Positions 1 to 10,777 of a DNA stretch of 64,000 nucleotides are shown here, in pieces. The stretch comes from Savitreella phatthalungensis (taxonomy: Eukaryota). The stretch spans positions 248,001 through 312,000 of the forward strand of contig AP039692.1 of NCBI GenBank assembly GCA_051599415.1, read 5' to 3'. Numbering within the stretch: position 1 is the stretch's first letter; each line of letters opens with the position of its first letter. A program made the translations under genes and the position numbers. The notes under the pieces were generated by a model that saw only the letters and a program-made list of their open reading frames with translations, was not told the DNA's origin and searched no databases.

Positions 1-395
1 TGGTAGTCTGGAAAAGAGGAAACAGTGTTTCATCGTGTTTTTAGTTCACGTTCAGTTTGAGCAGTTCTGGATTTCCTGTTTTTCTGCTTCTTCTGCTTGG
101 CTGACAACACAAATATAATGCAAGTTGACTTTTTCCCCCACATAAAATCCAAAGTAGATCAGAATTGTGGGGTGAGAAGACTGAATGGTGATTCCAGGTC
201 CAGATCTGGAATACGTACTCAGCTGCAACAATGGGCCAGCCCGGGCAGTGAGCTCACTATAGCTTACAGTAGTCAGAAACACGGGACTTGTCATGTTCAA
301 TTGATAGCTACGGATTGAGTACTGTAGGTGTAATTGGGCAAAAGGGCGAAAGAATATCGTGCTCACTTGGCTGGTTTTGTCCTTGTCCTGAAAAA

Positions 396-1946
396 TCACA
401 ACCTGGCAGCAATGCGAGGTTGGATGTACTTGTATGCGGCTAGGATCAGAGCCAGGCTTAGTGAGAATCGAATGACCTTCCTGAAGAAGGATCGCTCGGT
501 GTAGTCTGCATTCCAGGAACGCTTTGGTGCGAGCATCTTGAATTGGGAGATCTTGCTTGGGGTGTAGGGAGCGTATCGGATGCCCATGAGACCGTCTAGC
601 CAGCCTGGTTGCTTGACGACGGTGCGGCGGTGAGTGAATGCGTTGAATCCGGCGACACCGTTGTGTGCGCCTGTGCCGGACTCGCCAACGCCACCGAACG
701 GCATCCGCGTCATCGCACACTGGTGCATCACGTCGTTCACCATCGCACCGCCAGAGTCGACGTTCTCAAGCAGCTGCGCCTGCTCGCTCTTGTCGTTCGA
801 GAAGATGTACACCGCGAGAGACTTCTCACGTCGCTGGATCGTCCTGATCGCATCGTCCAGGCTAGATGCCTGGAGCATTGGCAGCACAGGGCCAAAGATC
901 TCCTGCGACATCAGCGAGTCGTCAAATGTGCATCCGGAGACGAGCGTCGGCTCGATCAGACGCTGTGATGCATCGGTGAATCCACCGACGACGACCTTGC
1001 CGGAGGTCTCATCAATCAGCTTCTTGATACGGTTGAAGTGGCCGGTGTTGACGATACGAGTGTATGTGCCAGGGTTGCGCCATGACTGCTCCGGGTAGAA
1101 CTCTGCCACCTGCTTCTTGAACTCCTCCGTGAACCGGTTCTCGAGTCCAGGGTCCGTGAACAGGATGTAGTCGGGAGCAACACAGGTCTGACCAGCGTTC
1201 GTCACCTTGCCCCATGCAATTCGGCGAGCAGCAAGCTTCAGGTCGGCGTTCTTTGTGATGACGACCGCGTTCTTTCCACCGAGCTCCAGTGTCACTGGCG
1301 TCAGGTTCTTGGCTGCAGCAGTAGCGACGATACGGCCGACATTGCCACCGCCTGTGTAGAAAATCGTGTCCCACTTTTGGTTGAGTAGGTGTGTGGTCTC
1401 CTCCACACCGCCCTGCACGACCCGGTAGCTGTTACGGTCGAGGTACTGGTGAAGCACCTTCTCCATAGCGACCGCACAGTTAGGAGCCAGCTCAGATGGC
1501 TTGATGATGGCCGGGCATCCTGCTGCGATCGCACCGATCAGCGGGCCAAGCGTGACGAAGAGCGGGTAGTTCCATGCGCCAATGATGAGTGCAACGCCAA
1601 GAGGACGCTTCTCGATCTTGGGAAATGTGAGGTTGAAGGGGAAAGCTGCATCACCGCTCTCTGGCTTCATCCATGCCTTGATGTGGCCAAGGACTTCGAC
1701 AATCTCGGTCTTGAGGGTCTGAAGCTCAGTGAGGAGGACCTCGTGTGCTGGCTTGCCAAAGTCCTTTGCAAGCGCGACCTGGAAGGTCTCCGTGTTGTTC
1801 TCAAGCGCATCGAACAGCTTCATGAGCTGTTTGCGACGCCATTCGATTGGACGTGTCACGCCGGAGAGGTAGGTCTCCTTGAGTGTGGAGATCTGCTGCT
1901 CGACATCTCCCTTTTGTGAAGGCTTAAAGTCTGCTGGATAGCTCAT
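396..1946 (-). CDS. HFD1: Fatty aldehyde dehydrogenase (ALDH3 family, Hfd1-like)
   Basis: ALDH motifs IGAWNYP, KPSE, YTGGGNVG, LELGGK, NAGQTCVAPDY, EIFGP and PFGGVGESG; C-terminal hydrophobic anchor; first ATG at 1946. Confidence 0.92.
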   Translation of the reverse strand: MSYPADFKPSQKGDVEQQISTLKETYLSGVTRPIEWRRKQLMKLFDALENNTETFQVALAKDFGKPAHEVLLTELQTLKTEIVEVLGHIKAWMKPESGDAAFPFNLTFPKIEKRPLGVALIIGAWNYPLFVTLGPLIGAIAAGCPAIIKPSELAPNCAVAMEKVLHQYLDRNSYRVVQGGVEETTHLLNQKWDTIFYTGGGNVGRIVATAAAKNLTPVTLELGGKNAVVITKNADLKLAARRIAWGKVTNAGQTCVAPDYILFTDPGLENRFTEEFKKQVAEFYPEQSWRNPGTYTRIVNTGHFNRIKKLIDETSGKVVVGGFTDASQRLIEPTLVSGCTFDDSLMSQEIFGPVLPMLQASSLDDAIRTIQRREKSLAVYIFSNDKSEQAQLLENVDSGGAMVNDVMHQCAMTRMPFGGVGESGTGAHNGVAGFNAFTHRRTVVKQPGWLDGLMGIRYAPYTPSKISQFKMLAPKRSWNADYTERSFFRKVIRFSLSLALILAAYKYIQPRIAARL

Positions 1947-2505
1947 CTTTGTTGAGATCAAGAGAAAGCTTATTGCAGCTTAAGAAATTGATTGACTTCT
2001 TCCCCTGTAGACTCGTCTCGGTCAGGAAGCGAGAGGCTGTGATGCAAGTTGTGAGGTGACTGAGTATGCGTCAGGTAGAGCGATGTCGTTGCGAGGACGT
2101 CAGTGTGTATGCGTAGGTGTGGAACGCAGGTCTGTCTGTGGAAGGTGCCGAGTTGGTGGATGTGCAAGACAGGGTTACACGGAACACGGCGCTTACGCAG
2201 GCAGGCCACTACAGCTTTAGGGAGAGTATACCTTGGAAGGATGCTATAGTTGGATGATGGAGTGCGGGGGGAGACCAGTCTCCGGAGTGCCGAACCAATT
2301 AGCCGTCATTGGAGCAATCAAGAGACTGGGAATTTGATCTTTACAATTCGAATAATAGAAGTGGACAAGTAAGCTATCCCAGTAGAAATCCTTCGAGGAT
2401 GAATTAAATCAATTTGCCTCGAGCGGAGCCGAAGTGGAAGCGACCCCTGTGCGCTAGTAAAACTCAGATTGATCAGAAATGTTATCCTGATTCCAGCTGG
2501 AGATA

Positions 2506-2675
<170 letters not shown>

Positions 2676-3107
2676 TGGAGGATTGCAGCTGTGCTTGTGA
2701 AGACTGAATTGAAATCCCGTGGAGCGATCCGTGGAGAGAATGGATGCTGCAGCAGTGCAGAAGCTCAAGGTACAGATCCAATAGGCTTTGTGCATCCGAT
2801 GCTCAAAGGAAAGCTTTTTACGAACATTCATAGGCAACAAGCAGGTAAACAAAATCTGCACCGCTGACAGAACACCGACACGTGATCTCAAGGTCTGATC
2901 ACGATTGATGTGCACGGGAAAACGCAGTCGAGGCACATCATGGACTAGCAGGTCACAGTCCGGTTCACGCTACTGAATCTTGCTCGAATCTTACTCGAGT
3001 CCGATCTCCGCTTTTCCTTCAAGTTCGATCTGGTATATCTATGATTGCAGACAGCACATAGGATACAGTGGTACAACATGCTAAAGATCAGGTAGCTTGC
3101 TGAAAGA

Positions 3108-3992
3108 ATGCAAAGATGCCGCTCAAGCATCCATATTTGCCATGCTGGAATCAGAGCCATCAGCTACCGCGCTAGTAAAGCTGGATTCCGATCACAAGAT
3201 GCTCCTACATTTCAGCGCAAGGGGTCTGCACCGCCTGCATCTGACCTAGAATTCCTTTATGGTCGCAACGCCGTGGTTGCAGCTCTCGGGTCTGACCGGA
3301 GATGTTCAAAGGCACTATATGTGTCCTCCAACATGAACAAGGATTCTGTACTGGATGATCTGGCAGCGAGGCGGCGCGTGTTTGTCCACAGGGATGTGCC
3401 AAAGGATAAGCTGAATCAGCTATCCGACAATAAGCCGCACAATGGCGTGGTCCTGTCATGCAAACCGCTGCTGATCGACCAGATTGATACGCTTCCACTC
3501 CCACGTGATGGAGAGAAGCGAGAGCTGATCGTCCTGCTTGACGAGATTTCGGATCCACAGAACCTGGGATCGATTTTGAGGTCTGCATATTTTCTTGGAG
3601 TCGATGCTGTCATCATGTCGTCGCGCAACTGTAGCACCGTCACGCCGACAGTGGTCAAGGTCAGCAGTGGTGCATCAGAGTTTGTGAATCTCAGAACTAC
3701 GCGCTCGACCGCAGAGTTTGTCAAGAATCTCCGTGCGGCAGGGTGGTCAACAGTTGCCGCAGTTGCTCCTGACACAGCCAAATCAAATGGCTGCCGCAGC
3801 GCAAGCGACTTCTCCGACAAACATACCTGCCTTGTGCTAGGCAGTGAAGGCTATGGACTGCGAGCTGTCGTTGCCTCAGCCTGCGAATTCTCTACGACCA
3901 TCGAAAGCAGGCAAGATCTGGCTGGCGGCGTAGATAGTCTCAATGTCGGTGCAGCAGCTGCAATCCTCTTTGACAGATTTCTGAGAAAGTAG
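3108..3992 (+). CDS. MRM1: SpoU/TrmH-family rRNA 2'-O-methyltransferase, mitochondrial Mrm1-like
   Basis: LYGRNAVVAAL, HNGVVL, LDEISDPQNLGSILRSA, VLGSEGYGL and DSLNVGAAAAIL SPOUT motifs; start uncertain. Confidence 0.88.
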   Translation: MQRCRSSIHICHAGIRAISYRASKAGFRSQDAPTFQRKGSAPPASDLEFLYGRNAVVAALGSDRRCSKALYVSSNMNKDSVLDDLAARRRVFVHRDVPKDKLNQLSDNKPHNGVVLSCKPLLIDQIDTLPLPRDGEKRELIVLLDEISDPQNLGSILRSAYFLGVDAVIMSSRNCSTVTPTVVKVSSGASEFVNLRTTRSTAEFVKNLRAAGWSTVAAVAPDTAKSNGCRSASDFSDKHTCLVLGSEGYGLRAVVASACEFSTTIESRQDLAGGVDSLNVGAAAAILFDRFLRK

Positions 3993-4445
3993 AGTCCTAT
4001 CCTATCTCAGAAGACATCATCCCTGACATTCTCGCCACCCACGCCCATCATTCCCATGGTGTATTTGTGCATTCAACCGTGTAAATTCCGAGGGCAAGCT
4101 AAGTTGCTTAAATCTGGTTTTCTTATTTCCCATCAGCGCGAACTATGGGATTTTAGTCGACCGATATTGATTTGATCTGAGTGAGATTTTAATCACAAAA
4201 CAAGACGCGGTACGCTTCACAAATTGGATTCGTTCCAGGCGCGTCCAACATATAGTGTGTCAGGTCTCGTATAATGTACAGTCTGTAGTCTACTATTCAC
4301 AACGACAGCTTCCGTGTACAAGTCATTGCAGGACTTGTAAACTGTGACCTAGACACGTTGAATCACTAGAGCACGCTGGGATTCTCTGCACTCAAGTCAG
4401 AACGAACAAGATCCTCGGAGAGAAGCTAACGGACGTGATGCTCCG

Positions 4446-5405
4446 ATGATCAGATCAGCCGTCTTCTCCTTGCTGCTGGTATGTCTGACGACGATAGTCT
4501 ACTCGGTATACTATGTAGTCCGACGGCTCCTCGTCAGACCTCGGCCGCCGTTTCCTACGGAACTCACGTATGAAACGCCGACGAAGAAAGACCTCCCGCT
4601 ACCATCGCTCGATGATGCTCCCGAACTCGACCTCACAATCGTCGTCCCAGCATTCAACGAACGCGAACGCCTGCGTCTTATGCTTGACGAAGCCCTGGAA
4701 CACCTCCAATCAGACAAGACGACCGTCAAGGGTTGGGAGATCCTGCTCGTCGACGATGGCAGCACTGACGGGACTGCCGACGTGGCGCTGTGTTGGGGCC
4801 GAGAGCGTGGTCTGCTGGATGGGCGACTGCGCGTTTGTCGACTAGGTGAGAATCGCGGGAAGGGTGGTGCGGTGACGCACGGGATGCAGCGCGGTCGTGG
4901 TCGGTATATTGGGTTTGCGGACGCCGATGGTGCGACGAGGTTTTCCGACATCGACGTCCTCGTGACCGGTCTGCGTGCGATCGAAGTCGATGGTCACGGG
5001 CTCGCCGGCGGCAGCCGAGCACACATGGTCAAGACGGAAGCCGTCGTCCAGCGCAGCCTACTCCGAAACGCCCTCATGTACGGCTTCCACACCTTCATCT
5101 CCATCCTCGGCGTCCGCCACATCAAGGACACCCAGTGTGGCTTTAAACTCCTCACCCGCAAGTCATCCCGTCTCATCTTCCCGCAGATGCACATCGAGCG
5201 CTGGGCCTTCGACGTCGAAATCTGGCTTCTCGCTCACTGGCTCAATGTCCCCTCGATCGAGCTCCCTGTCAACTGGCACGAAGTCGGTGGCAGCAAGATC
5301 AACCTCGTCAACGACAGCATCAACATGGCCAAAGACCTTCTCCTGATGCGCACAGGCTACACCCTGGGACTCTGGCAAATCAAAGGGGCACTTGTTGCTT
5401 TTTGA
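4446..5405 (+). CDS. ALG5: Dolichyl-phosphate beta-glucosyltransferase (GT2)
   Basis: N-terminal TM segment; VVPAFNERERL, VDDGSTD, NRGKGGAV, FADADGAT, DTQCGFKL and WAFDVE motifs. Confidence 0.95.
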   Translation: MIRSAVFSLLLVCLTTIVYSVYYVVRRLLVRPRPPFPTELTYETPTKKDLPLPSLDDAPELDLTIVVPAFNERERLRLMLDEALEHLQSDKTTVKGWEILLVDDGSTDGTADVALCWGRERGLLDGRLRVCRLGENRGKGGAVTHGMQRGRGRYIGFADADGATRFSDIDVLVTGLRAIEVDGHGLAGGSRAHMVKTEAVVQRSLLRNALMYGFHTFISILGVRHIKDTQCGFKLLTRKSSRLIFPQMHIERWAFDVEIWLLAHWLNVPSIELPVNWHEVGGSKINLVNDSINMAKDLLLMRTGYTLGLWQIKGALVAF

Positions 5406-5517
5406 AGTGCCCATCATCATGTCACGTCATGATCAATCATAGCCAAAAGCAAAGCATTATAGAACAGAAACACTATCTGAATTTATACATTGGCATCGCT
5501 CGTAACCTCAGTGCCTC

Positions 5518-6735
5518 CTAATCGGCAGACATACTTTCAGGCGTGGTGGCATGAGCGACCAATAGGTCGAGTGAGGCTGCATCTTGAGATGTGAGCGTGT
5601 CTTTGATTTGCGGGAGGTGCCTGTGCTTGAGGATGCGGGAGGCACGTTTGTCGAGGACGACCTTGTTGGCCTTCATCTCGCGCAGGCAGTTGACGAGACC
5701 GACTGCGTCCCTGAGCTTGCACAGGCACGCGAGCACGACAGCGTAAGCCACACCATCAAGAACGAGCTTCGCGTGCCGAGCACCAAACCGGAGCAGCTCG
5801 ATCGCCGCCAACGGGTGTGCATCTGTGTACAGTCGCCAGGCTGCAGCCGTCACGAAGATCCGGTCGAGGCGCCAGCCTGCCAGGTGGAACGTCCAGACGA
5901 GTTCCGGAATCGCGATCGCGCTCGATTGTCGACTGCAGTATGTTAGCGCGGTCATCTGCGTGGCGCCACGCAGGTTGCTGTCACGGCGCAAGGCCCGGCC
6001 ACCATACGCGCGGTCGACTGCATGTCGGAGAAAATCGATTCCGCCAGTCCTATCGCCGAGTCTGACAAGGGCAGCAACGCATGCGCCAAGTGTGTGCTTT
6101 GTCGCGGGAAGCTCGTGTCGGAGCGATCTGGTGCCAGGCTCGAATCTGATGGCGTCAAGGGCCTGCCTGACGAGCGGCATCAGGTCATTCCTGAGCGCGA
6201 GACCGAGGACGAGCGAATGAGATGTGAGTGTATGTGCGTTCGCCCTGTGGGACAGTTGGTAGCATTTCAGAGCTCCGCGGACTCTGCCCTGCTCGAAGTA
6301 CGCACGGATCAGCGACGTCCACAGCATAGACACCTCCTGCGACGGCGGCATATCCAGCAGCATGTGTCCTGCGCGAACAAGTCCTCCGCACTTGATACGC
6401 TGCAGCACCGACTGACCTGTTTCCGAAGCGGCCATCTTCCGCATATCCACGCGCTCGCTCACCTTCATCGCCTTGATCCCTTTTCGCGGCCTTGCAGAGT
6501 CACCGGCGTTTAAAGCAGCCAACTCGAATGCCGTGTCCGACACAAGTGAGCTGTCTCCGAAATGTACAGGCTGTGGAGGTAAGAAGATGTCTTCAACCTC
6601 GGGGGCGTGCATGGCGAGTGCATGAGATGGTCTCCGTCCATGGATGACCCTGGATCGAGCGGCAGCAGGGGAGTCTAAAGCCAGTCGACGCATCGCTCTC
6701 AGAGCACCGCGTGATGGGCAAACTGTCAGCGTCAT
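5518..6735 (-). CDS. Probable mitochondrial pentatricopeptide-repeat (PPR) protein
   Basis: Arg/Ala-rich presequence-like N-terminus; PPR-like segments WTSLIRAYFEQGRVRGALKCY and VAYAVVLACLCKLRDAVGLVNCLREMKANKVVLD. Confidence 0.6.
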   Translation of the reverse strand: MTLTVCPSRGALRAMRRLALDSPAAARSRVIHGRRPSHALAMHAPEVEDIFLPPQPVHFGDSSLVSDTAFELAALNAGDSARPRKGIKAMKVSERVDMRKMAASETGQSVLQRIKCGGLVRAGHMLLDMPPSQEVSMLWTSLIRAYFEQGRVRGALKCYQLSHRANAHTLTSHSLVLGLALRNDLMPLVRQALDAIRFEPGTRSLRHELPATKHTLGACVAALVRLGDRTGGIDFLRHAVDRAYGGRALRRDSNLRGATQMTALTYCSRQSSAIAIPELVWTFHLAGWRLDRIFVTAAAWRLYTDAHPLAAIELLRFGARHAKLVLDGVAYAVVLACLCKLRDAVGLVNCLREMKANKVVLDKRASRILKHRHLPQIKDTLTSQDAASLDLLVAHATTPESMSAD

Positions 6736-7164
6736 GACTGAGCGACAGACGAGTGAATACTCGTACTGTTATGAGCTCTATATGCGTCGATGGACCCCGT
6801 TGTCTTCGCCGTAGTGTGTGTTGTACTATTCAGTAGGACTGTAGTGTGTGTACTGCTGTAATCACAAATTTACTTGAGGAGAAAATCTGCTTTCCAAACT
6901 TCCAATGCGAATCGTGCATTCACTCGAGATCAGCACATGATCGATTGTGTATGCATACAGACACCTCTGAAGTCAAGCTACTTGCCACCAACCCATACAC
7001 ACGCACGTACATTACACACGTTCTCATCACGCGACGCGTCATCAAGCAGTGCTTCACCTTCTCCTTGTCGCGCGTCAGCTCGTCTATGGTCTAAGATTCA
7101 GGCAGTCTTTTTGTATGTACGGTTCTGTCTGAAGAGCGCGCTGGACGCGCGTTGCACAATAAGC

Positions 7165-9549
7165 ATGCAAAACGCCAATACCAACAACCCCGCCCCCGCT
7201 GCCGCTGACATACATGAGTTCGCATGTCTCTACTCTGCGGACAGGCACAAGAAGCGTAAGGCGTGGCATGATGGCTTTATACGTATTCACACCTTCAACG
7301 AGCGACTCATCCTTTACGATGAAACGCGCAGGCAGATCGAGTCGCGCTTCTGCTTCAAAATTATGCCAGAAGAGGGCGATGACCTCAGTCTTGACAGACA
7401 TCTAGTCAACGTCGTGAGCAAGCTCGAGACGACTCAGGCAAATCTTCAGCACGTCATACGCACGCCAAAGGCCCATGCCATCTCTCCTGAACCTCGAGCA
7501 GCAGCTCACGGCAGACGGCTCGGCTGTACCAATGTGCTAATGGGAAAGGATCCAAATGCCTTGCATCATGTGCCTGCGATGTCCAAAAGACCTGCGTTCT
7601 CGTCTCCTTTGAAAACTAACCCAAACCTTCCGAGTACTCCATGGCGACCTGCGATGAGCTCACCGCTCAGATCGAAGCCTCAGCCATCGAACAAGGCCGT
7701 CGATCTAACGAGCAGGCATTCTCTGGCACAGATCACGGCTGCGTCACAGACACCAACCAGGCAGACTGAGGCCACGGAGCAGGTACAGGAGCTAGCGGTC
7801 GAAGCTCGCCCGACGCTAGCACCGCTCAGCGTGGCTGTTAAACCCGCTCGTCCCCCAGCAAACAGATTGATGAGCCTGGCGCGAAAACCTACAAAGCACA
7901 CACACGACCTAGTTGACCTTGTCACACCAGCAACAGCAGACCTTAGCGAGGTATACGAGCCTCATCTGCCGGAGGTGCGCAATCTCCAGGCGTCTATGGC
8001 AATGGCGACCGATTTTCCAGAACCAGTACAGCAATTGGCAGATCAGCCTGTAGCTTCGCATCGCCCGGAACTCTTACTTCTAAGTCCACCAGATGAGATC
8101 GAAATGCAGGATGCCAATCCAATACTCTATCAGCTGTCTCCGGAACTACCACTCGAGCCGTCCCCAGCTGCAGCACATCGCGTCCACGAGATTGAGGATG
8201 CAGAGCAGAGACTATCAGCGCCGTTGTTCCTGCCAGATGAAGACGACTGCGATCTGCTGGTACTTTCACCGAGGCAGCCTCCTGTTGCTACGAATATCTC
8301 GCTCGCTGCGACCGAGAACGCTACGACGATGAGTCAAGCATTCGAAGAGTTCATTGCGGGATCAGCGATGGAGTCTGCAGATGCACAAGCCATACCGAAG
8401 CCATTGCTTGCAGCCAAGCCGCCGGCAGACTGTGCCATCCCCGAAAGTGTGATGACTGAGGTGCCGAGCATGCCTGTGTTCGAGCCCATTGAGGCCGATA
8501 GTCCTGAAGCAGGATACCGGGAATCGGACAAGATGCATAGCCAGCCTGAGGTCTGCGACATCGAACTGCCAGCCGAAGGGGCTGACAATGAAGAAGCGGC
8601 AGAACATGCGCCTCCTGGTACAGCTCCACCGCCAGTGCGGCGTGAGCTGAATTATCGCGTCGATGTCGAATCAGACGAGGACGGCTTCGTCAGTGCTCCC
8701 AAGTCGAAACAAAAGAAGACTGGCAAGCGCATGACTGGCAAACGCAAAGCTAGAAGCCTCGCGCCAATTGCCGCTGCTGTGGTGCAATCAGACAAGCAGG
8801 AGCGACTTGATCGCATCCTCGGCAAGCATCTCGACGCCCTCTGTACGCCGCCAGAACCTCCGGTGTTGCCCATCGACCCGGCCGAGTGTGGAGCTGGTGG
8901 AACTGAAGTAGTGACGTGCGAGCGCAGTCGTTCCCCATATGTTCAGCTCGACGAGCCCCCGGCCCGCTCATCCGTGTCGAGACTCGGCGCAAGACGCAGT
9001 AATGCTACAGCCGCTGTGCTGCCACCGGCACCTTCAGTGACGGGTGGCGCACTAGCTGGCTCGGCGAGTAGTGATGTAGCCGCACCCGGGCGACGTCTGC
9101 AGCTCGGCATTGCCACCAAGCGCGCCAGAAAAACCTTGCTCGCCCAGGCATTAACACCGCCAAGTGCGCGAGAGCCTCCCGCCGCAGACTCGAGCATGTC
9201 TAGCGCTGAAATTCAGGCAGCCTCTTTCCCGCTACCACTCCCTCGACCAGCTAAAATGATGACCAGCAAGCCGGAGCGCCCCGTCTCTGCGCCGTCAGCT
9301 CCGAGTCACGGCACGAAAGGGACGACGACAACAAAAGATTCCGACCAGTCTGACGAACGCTATATCAGCCTCACTCCAGGCAGAGAGATGGCACCTGACC
9401 TTCACGGACGTGCACCAGACTTTATGACCGCAGGCTCCTTCCACCTAGGCCGAGTCCTACGCCACGATGTCCCACTCAAGAGCGTCGGAATGACTACTAG
9501 ACAACTTGAGAGCTTCGATATCGGCACACAAGCCTCACAGTACGACTAA
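7165..9549 (+). CDS. DUF2439 (ZGRF1 N-terminal-like; Mte1/Dbl2-like) protein with a long disordered tail
   Basis: N-terminal HEFACLYSADRHKKRKAWHDGFIRIHTFNERLILYDE fits the DUF2439 pattern; ATG at 7165 is in frame with the 6874 ORF. Confidence 0.75.
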   Translation: MQNANTNNPAPAAADIHEFACLYSADRHKKRKAWHDGFIRIHTFNERLILYDETRRQIESRFCFKIMPEEGDDLSLDRHLVNVVSKLETTQANLQHVIRTPKAHAISPEPRAAAHGRRLGCTNVLMGKDPNALHHVPAMSKRPAFSSPLKTNPNLPSTPWRPAMSSPLRSKPQPSNKAVDLTSRHSLAQITAASQTPTRQTEATEQVQELAVEARPTLAPLSVAVKPARPPANRLMSLARKPTKHTHDLVDLVTPATADLSEVYEPHLPEVRNLQASMAMATDFPEPVQQLADQPVASHRPELLLLSPPDEIEMQDANPILYQLSPELPLEPSPAAAHRVHEIEDAEQRLSAPLFLPDEDDCDLLVLSPRQPPVATNISLAATENATTMSQAFEEFIAGSAMESADAQAIPKPLLAAKPPADCAIPESVMTEVPSMPVFEPIEADSPEAGYRESDKMHSQPEVCDIELPAEGADNEEAAEHAPPGTAPPPVRRELNYRVDVESDEDGFVSAPKSKQKKTGKRMTGKRKARSLAPIAAAVVQSDKQERLDRILGKHLDALCTPPEPPVLPIDPAECGAGGTEVVTCERSRSPYVQLDEPPARSSVSRLGARRSNATAAVLPPAPSVTGGALAGSASSDVAAPGRRLQLGIATKRARKTLLAQALTPPSAREPPAADSSMSSAEIQAASFPLPLPRPAKMMTSKPERPVSAPSAPSHGTKGTTTTKDSDQSDERYISLTPGREMAPDLHGRAPDFMTAGSFHLGRVLRHDVPLKSVGMTTRQLESFDIGTQASQYD

Positions 9550-9839
9550 CAGATCTAACGAAAGATGACAAGTATGACAATGACAAGTGACAATCGAGCA
9601 ACCCAGCTGCGTGTCTTGATGGTTGTTTGACCTGAGGCTAGCTTCAACTTTCACGTGACAATTAATTAGATCGGCTCCACTGAGGAAACGTCTCCGCGTT
9701 TTACACCGTCAGAATTGCTGCTTAAGCGAGATTGAACTCAGGGTCAGCAGTCTATCAAAAGGCATCTGCCGATCTACCTCTGCACCCCTACATCACAGAA
9801 AACAGTCTCCTACTGCCCATCCAAGTCAACCCGTTCAGC

Positions 9840-10712
9840 ATGTCTACGTGGGAGAACAAGACGTTCAAGGATGGCATCTTTGCAGGGAAAGTACTACTAT
9901 GCACTGGTGGTGCAGGCACGATCTGCAGTCGCCAGGTGGAGGCGTGTGTGATGCTGGGTGCGGATGCCGTCATCACAGGCCGATCACTGGAGAAGACTGA
10001 GAAGCGTGCTGCGGAGATGTCGCGCCTGCGTCCTGGAGCCAAGGTCCTCGGTCTGTCTGCGGACGTGCGCGACATCAAGGCGATGGAGGCCGTCGTCGCC
10101 CGTACCGTGAAGGAGCTCGGCCGTCTTGACTTTGTGATCGCAGGAGCGGCAGGCAACTTCCTAGCACTCATCGACAACCTCTCAGCCAACGCGTTCAAGA
10201 CAGTCATCGACATCGACGTCCTAGGATCCTACAACACACTCAAGGCCACCATCCCACACCTCAAGCAATCAAAGGGACGTATCCTATTCGTCTCTGCAAC
10301 ACTGCACTACCAGGGGACTCCACTCCAGGCACACGTGTCTGCGGCAAAGGCTGCGATCGATGCGCTCTCGAGGTCTGCTGCTGTGGAGTTTGGTCCGTTT
10401 GGAGTGACGTCGAATGTGATTTCGCCCGGTCCGATCGATGGGACTGAAGGGTTGTCTAGGTTGATGCCTCGTGAGTTTGTGGAGGAGCAGACGCGTAAGA
10501 TTCCCCTCGGTAGATTGGGTACCACGAACGATATCGCAGACGGCACTGTCTACCTGTTCTCTCACGCAGGCAGCTGGGTCACAGGACAGATCCTCGTCGT
10601 TGACGGAGGAGAGTGGCATACAAGAGGAGGCATCATGCCGTACCCTGACCTCATCACCGCAGGCATGCAACTCGCAGACGACGTCAAGCAGAAGCCTAGC
10701 ACCAAGTTGTAG
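9840..10712 (+). CDS. SPS19: Peroxisomal 2,4-dienoyl-CoA reductase
   Basis: TGGAGTIC, AGAAGNF, LSANAFKTVIDIDVLGSYNT, HVSAAKAAIDAL and PGPIDGTEG; PTS1-like C-terminus -STKL. Confidence 0.93.
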   Translation: MSTWENKTFKDGIFAGKVLLCTGGAGTICSRQVEACVMLGADAVITGRSLEKTEKRAAEMSRLRPGAKVLGLSADVRDIKAMEAVVARTVKELGRLDFVIAGAAGNFLALIDNLSANAFKTVIDIDVLGSYNTLKATIPHLKQSKGRILFVSATLHYQGTPLQAHVSAAKAAIDALSRSAAVEFGPFGVTSNVISPGPIDGTEGLSRLMPREFVEEQTRKIPLGRLGTTNDIADGTVYLFSHAGSWVTGQILVVDGGEWHTRGGIMPYPDLITAGMQLADDVKQKPSTKL

Positions 10713-10777
10713 TCCCTTTCAGTTTCTTGTTTGAGTTGATTAAAAGGTATGAATATCGTACTAAAATGTCATGCGAG

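Noticed and set aside
4256..4440. Hairpins upstream of ALG5 (TACAAGTC/GACTTGTA and others) as a possible H/ACA snoRNA
   Set aside because: No convincing H or ACA box, and the stems are few enough to arise by chance.
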